This document shows positions 57,801-64,000 of a stretch of 64,000 nt of DNA, piece by piece. The position numbers and the translations under genes are program-made. The notes below the pieces were generated by a model. It ran no database searches. It saw only the letters and a program-made list of their open reading frames with translations, and was not told the DNA's origin. Source of the stretch: Lingula anatina (taxonomy: Eukaryota; Animalia; Brachiopoda); assembly GCA_051362555.1 (NCBI GenBank), contig CM120642.1, positions 4,650,001-4,714,000 on the forward strand, read 5' to 3'. Numbering within the stretch: the stretch's first letter is position 1; the number at the start of each line of letters is the position of its first letter.

Positions 57801-60800
57801 TTTTAACATCAACACTATGCCAAATGCAAGTAAAATTGAAACAGGGACAGCAAAAATGTATAAATTTGTTCAGGTACAAGTGACTGTTTCTGCTTTGGCC
57901 CAGTAGATTATTACTGACTGGTTGCCTGGAGGACCAGTAGGTTGAAATATTTTTGGCACACATGTGAAAAGCATTTGATTGGTATGTGAAAAATACAAAA
58001 GACCATTGCTGTACATTTCCAAATTATGATGTCAGAGAGTGAAAACATTGTGATGCATCCTGTAGATAAAGTGTTATCTGAAATATTGCCCATTCCCAGA
58101 CACCATGTTATCTTGACTTAAATCAGTCTAATTTTCCAGGAGAAAATGGTAGATGGGAATAGAATAATTGTGTAACAGGACAGCACTGGTTTAAAGTTGA
58201 ATGTCCCTTGAAATATTGTTTTTTTTTCTTTTTCAGAAAACTGGCAATTTAGTTTTCACCAATTATGAAGATGTGTGTTTTGGCCAGGGAGAGGACAGAG
58301 AACCTGTTTATTATCTTCACCATATCATCAAGTGGTAAGAAATCTGGATAATGTATTAATTGTGATAAAGAGATGTGCCATATCAGCAGTGTAGTAGTTG
58401 TGACAGTCAGATGTTACCTAATCATGTACTGAAAATTTTACTAATCACTATTCCTATCAGTACATAGCATATTCACAATATGTAATCCAATTTTACTTTA
58501 CATATATTGTTAATTAGCAAGATAAGTTATTTTATTTTATCTTACACTGCAAAAAATGCATTGCTCAGAATTAAAAAAATAATTTTGGCTATGATAATAT
58601 GATATCATTGTATTTTCCTTATTCACTCAGGGGGGTAATGACGGTGGCTTCTGCCAATGCTACAGAGTGTGGAATTCTGGGCAAGAAAGCAGATAACCAG
58701 GTAAGCACCCCGAATTTGATGGTTGAAGTTTAATTACCATTTCTCAAGTATTCCTTATATGCAATTTATCTAAAGCACATGTTTTTATTTACAATTTTTG
58801 AAAATCATTATTTCTGTCTTTGTAGGAAAAATTATGGTATTCGTATTTTTTCCTACAAAGACGATGTCAACAGAAATTAGCATGAATAAAGGAACAAATG
58901 CCATATTATTAGCACAATCAAAATGAAATCTATAGCTGTTATTTTATATTTGATATAATTATATTCTATTGTCCCCTGGAAAAGGTAATCATAATATATT
59001 TATGTTTCTAGGAATGCTGGGAATTGTGGACCCTGGAGGACAGTGGGCGTGCTCAGCTCCCCACCACAGAGGATTACGATGACACTTATCCTGTGGGTGT
59101 GGCCATAGATTATACATCACAGAGGCAGATACCACTGGGTGAGAAAAGTGATAAATTGAAGGATATATCTTCTAGTTTTGGTAGGCCATTGTCATTAATC
59201 TTATCCTGAATACACCATGTCTGTTCAGAGAAAGTTGTATGAAGATGGTCCAGAGACTTGCTAACCATTGGCCAACTAACCGAGGACCCATTGAAAGCCT
59301 TAGGGTGATGATAACCTATGTTCTGCAACTCCAGTATAAAAAGTTTGTGATATCCTACAAGGAAAAATAAAAGAAAAATTAATTGTAATTTTCATGCAGA
59401 GTTATATTCTGTAAAATGAGCTGGGAAAATATTTTCAGAGTCACTAAATTCATTATTTACCATGAATTTTTTGTTCTTTTCAGGGGAAGATAAGTTCCAT
59501 CCCCCTGCCCCTGTTTATATGCTCCTCAACACAGATGGACAGTTGCTTTTGTTTTATATGATGAATTATTTCCCTGGAGCCGAGCAGCTGACATGTCCAC
59601 CACAGGTGCTGACATCTGCTGGGGCAAGAATTGGAAAGGGTAGATAAGGCCTTTGGAATTTAGACTTTTGAATCCATTAAACTGATTGGCTAGAGCCACT
59701 AGCATATTATTTGTGTTGCCAAATAACTTATTTTTTCACCAAATTACATTTAATACTTAAAATTTGATGAGATATTTTATTTACTTTTTCAAAGCAATCA
59801 GTGAGCCTAGATTAAAATGACTATTGTTAGTAAATTGGCAAAATTCTTATAAAAACTTATAGTTATTCCTTTTCTGTGCAACACACAATTGTACTACAGA
59901 TTGACATCCTTCATTTCAGGCGAAGAGCAGGCAATCCCAAAACAACCAGCAGCGGTAGCACCATCAACTACATCTGCTGCACCTGCCAAGACAAGCTTAT
60001 TTGGTAAACCAGGAGGAGGCTTTTCTTTTAGTGCAGCCCCAACTAGTGGTGGTTCTGGGGGGTTTGACCTGGCTAAGCCCCTTGGACAGGCAACTGCAAT
60101 GTCTGTGCCAAAACCCAGTCAAGGAGGTGAGTCAGGTGCACTGCTTAAATGTCTGTGATTCAATGATTACTCTGATTTTTAGAGGTTTCATGTTGGAAAT
60201 CGATAATGGTAAGACACACTTTTTACCCCTTACCAAAATGAAAATCTACAAAAAAATGACTCAGAGGTTTCCCCTTGATGAATTTTCAATGAAACTGACC
60301 AATAAGAAAAAGCTTTTAAATTATTTTAAGGCAACATTTTTATAAGTTGATATAGATATATAAGAGTTATATTAGCCAGCTTGCTTAATTTTTTCCTCAA
60401 TCAGCTGCCACAACTTCTGCTCTCGGTGCAACCAAATTTACCTTTGGTGCAGGAACCACTGGAGCACCATCTGGTGGATTGTTTGGAAGCACTGCAGGGC
60501 TGCCCTCTAGTGGCAGCGGCTTTACACTGGGCTTTGGCACCACTGGGCAACAGCCACCAAAATCTGTTCCTCCTGCAAATACGATCATGTCTGCTGCCCC
60601 TGTGGCAACTACTGCACCACTGACGTCATTATTCAGCATGAAAGGAGCTCCTCCCAGTTATACCAGCAGCCTGGCTGTGAAGTCCACACCAGGAGCAGCC
60701 ATGTTTGGAGGGAGCAGGCCTCTGACTGGTGGTTAGTGTTTAAGATTGTGTGATCCTCCATTTTGGTGATTTTTCAATGATTTTTCTCTTAGTTTTAAGT

Positions 60801-63800
60801 TTTATTTAGGACAATGTTTCGGTTTGATTAAGATTTTTTATTGTTTTTTAGTTATTTGTTAATAGCTAGGGTCATTCAGTTTATGTTGTTAAAGGGGGGA
60901 TGATTGCTCCACTGTATGTGAGTATTTTAGAAAAAATTATAGAAATGGCTCTGCATTTGAAAAATAATTTCTTTCAAAAAATATTACCTTTTAAATCATC
61001 TTTTGACAAGCCTAGTAGTGCTGAAACCAGCATTAACAAAACTGGTTACTCATTTGATATTTTGCTGTTTTCAGACCAGACAGATGCAACATCCGCAGGG
61101 TTTGGTGTGCCTCAGCAAGTTTCATCATCATCTGACCCACCAGGGCTCTTCTCTCAACCCAAACCAGTCACAACACAACCTTTTGGACAACCAAGCACTG
61201 GTCAACTCTCTGGTATTCTCACCGGCCAGTCAAAGTTACCACAAGTTACCATAGCAACAACACAGCCGCAGCAGCAGCAGCTCAGACCCACTATGACATC
61301 ACTGCCTCAACAGCCAGCGTCATCTATTAGCAAACCTATTGCAGTGTCGCACCCTGTTCAGGTTTCTACCACTGTAGCTCAGCCTGTTTCGTCAGCTTCA
61401 AGAGACCCACAGCCTCATGGGATAGGATCTGTGAGCCATCCCTCTCCTGAGACTACTGGGATGCCATCTGGAGGCAAAATTTCAGCCAATCAAACAGTTG
61501 AGAGCACTTTTACAAGGAGCATTGTGGAAGAGGTGTGTTTCACTTTTGTTAAAAATGAAGGAGCTCTTTGTTATTGAAATAAAAATTATACAGCATTTTC
61601 TATTCTCTTTTAATGGTGTGGTCTTAACACTTTTTTAATGGAGCCAGAATCATAGTTAAAACACTATTTATGTATCGTGCAGTAGTTGTTAAACAGATAT
61701 GTATATCTTTCAATTTTCCCCAAGATGTCCCACTTTGAAAAGGAGATGCAAGACTTGAAGAGCCGGTCCTCACAGTGTCAGTACAAAGTTGGCACTAAAG
61801 AGGAGCTGTCAAAACTAAGGAAAGACACAGAGTCAGTGGAGTTGTTCATCAAGGAAATCAAGACTGTGACCCAGGTACATATAGCATGAAAACTGAGCCT
61901 GACTTTTTGCCCAAGGCTATAATTAACTTTTGCTTGTGCAGTTAAGTTTTGATTAAGTTAATATTTTTCATCAATTGAGAAAGATTGAATTGGTGTGTGG
62001 TTTCATGATCAGAACACACTACAGCATAGTATTTATTTGAAATCCCTTGATAAAGTAATAAAATATCTCGTAAGCAAAAATATAATTTTAATTGAGATCA
62101 AAACTTATTATTAAAATTGTCAGTTGCAAACACCACAGAGGCAAAAAATTAGACTCTTCATCAATTCTTGAGTACTCACAAGGGAAATGTAATTTGTGAT
62201 TTGATATTTGACTATTCAGGATTCTAGAACGGGAATATCATGCTACGATTTCTTACTTTATCAGGCAAGTAACAGTGAGATCCACTCTTTAAAATCTGAT
62301 GTTTTGGAAGCCTTCACACAGCTTGAGGAGTGCCATGTCAGACAACAGCGCAATATGGAGCCTCGTTATCAACAGCTCCTAAAATCTCGTGCCCTAGATC
62401 CCATGAGCACAGCCAAGATGAAACAGCTGCGAGCTGTGACACAGAATATTGAAAAGACCCTAAATGATGCTAACTTTAAACTAGATGAAGAGTGGGAGAA
62501 TCAGCAAGACAAGAAGGCCAAAGGGAGGTAAGTCAACAGGACCATAGGTGTCAGCATTGCATGACAAGACAGGCTACATAATTTATATGCTTGTGTCTTG
62601 TCATTCATTCATTCATTCATTCAGCACTGAGTGAAAGAATAACTTTAATTTTTCCATCTAGGCAGATGCAGGCCCCCTCCACCGACACTATCTACAGAAC
62701 CCTAAGTAACAACCACAATCTGATCCTGTCAATGACCAAGAGGATTGAGAGTCTGGTGACAGATTTGAAAGCCATGAAGTTACATAACCTGACGGCTTCT
62801 TGGGAAAATAGGAGCTTTAGCATCCCAGAGGAGAAGAGGTATGTTGTACTGAAATGTATGTGGAGTGATGAATAATGACAAAGTGTAAAGAAAAATTTGT
62901 GGGAGGTTTGCTTTTAGAACTTTGCTGATGAGTTTCTTCACAATTTATTTTTCAAAATACTGATTTAATAAAAAAATAAAATAATGATAATAATAAATAT
63001 AATAATAATTATAATAATAATAATGTTCAAGACTTCTTTAGCTATGTACAACTTGAATATTGAAAAATTTTCAACCTTAAATTTTTCCCCCACCAGTGAC
63101 CTTGAACACCAGGAGTTGGCCAGTCTGGCTGATAGTCTGCTGGAGACCAGACTGTCTCCAAAGAAACCCCCCGTGAAGAGTTTGTCACCAGAGAAGCAGT
63201 CCAGACTCCGTCAGTTGCTGGGAAGGAGGGCAGTGACACCTGTGAAAGTGACAGCTCCAGGTGACTATTTATTTATTTGTTTGATAATTTTTTTACTAAA
63301 TGACTTATTACTACTTGTCTTAAATCACAGTTTGCAACATCATCAGCCCCTGTTACCTCACCTGACCATCTGACCATGTAGCTCATTAACCTCTAGACCT
63401 AGTAAAAAAGAAATCAGTAAAACATTAATTGATCAGCCTTTCTGAAGAATATTTGCATTTCAGCCAATTTATCCATGTCCAAGATAGTCTCTGCACAGGA
63501 TCTTCGCAGAGTCTTGTCTAAGAGATTTGAGGAAGATTCTTTTATTGAAGAGAAACCCCGTGATACTGTCACAGAACTTAAGGCTGCTGCTAAGGTGAAG
63601 GAGAGCCCAGGAATTAATGGAAGTTGTTACAAAGTTCATTGCTTTACCACAGGATGTTGGTTGTATGAAAGGCTTATCAAACTGTTTTTTGTCCATATTA
63701 ACAAAATTTTCACTAATATATTAATATTGTGTTTCTTGTCGTCTGAACTATTTTCTTATACATCTAAATATTGACAGACATGCAGATAAACAGTGATAAA

Positions 63801-64000
63801 CAGATCAACATTCACATAACTTTAACAAAATTAAGATAAATGTTATCTTTCTAAACATAGCAAACTCACCTAGCCATGTCCCTTATTTCAGGAGGAAGAG
63901 AAAATTCCTTCCACTACCCAAGTTGTTCTTGCTTCTATGACAGCTAGAAAGGGGTTGTTTACATCACCAGCGTCAACTTCAACACCCTCTCGACCCTTGA
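54855..64000 (+). CDS. NUP214: Nuclear pore complex protein Nup214 (CAN), 5' portion: beta-propeller, low-complexity/FG linker, coiled coil; continues beyond the window
   Basis: Phase-consistent exons: 54855-54887, 55503-55632 ([10 protein letters not shown]), 55925-56145, 56623-56824, 57162-57290 (VCWSPKGKQ), 57658-57761, 58237-58334, 58631-58700, 59012-59138 ([10 protein letters not shown]), 59484-59639 ([13 protein letters not shown]), 59920-60126, 60405-60731, 61075-61532, 61725-61874, 62265-62527 (RALDPMS), 62662-62838, 63097-63260, 63464-~63594/63633, 63892->64000. Confidence 0.93.
62980..63024. repeat. (ATA)n trinucleotide microsatellite in a NUP214 intron
   Basis: Directly visible. 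Confidence 0.85.

Overview
AT-rich eukaryotic (invertebrate animal, probably lophotrochozoan/mollusc-like) genomic DNA with short GT-AG introns, so most of the six-frame ORF track is exon fragments or noise. Manual splicing gives six genes in this order: (1) the 3' end of hemicentin (+, tandem cbEGF exons and a fibulin-type C-terminus); (2) PEMT (+, essentially single-exon CDS); (3) a 4-KH far-upstream-element-binding protein, FUBP/KHSRP/PSI family (-, about 19 exons); (4) a PLP-dependent class I/II aminotransferase, YER152C/MocR-like (+, 10 exons, head-to-head with FUBP); (5) VAMP4 (-); (6) the 5' part of NUP214 (+, head-to-head with VAMP4). Non-coding DNA holds many non-autonomous transposons: a 3.9-kb Helentron/HINE-like composite with a 146-bp satellite and a nested 6-bp-TSD MITE, a 2.8-kb AT-flanked TIR element, several fold-back MITEs and a tRNA-like element. 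No prokaryotic-type system (CRISPR etc.) is present, and I see no unequivocal new biological system. The best leads are the satellite-incubating HINE carrying an array of perfect DR1 motifs, the hemicentin-FUBP-NUP214(-VAMP4) linkage resembling human 9q34/1q, a uORF with a stop/start overlap on a putative PEMT leader exon, and a self-duplicated cassette exon in FUBP. All coordinates were read by eye and may be off by a few bases.
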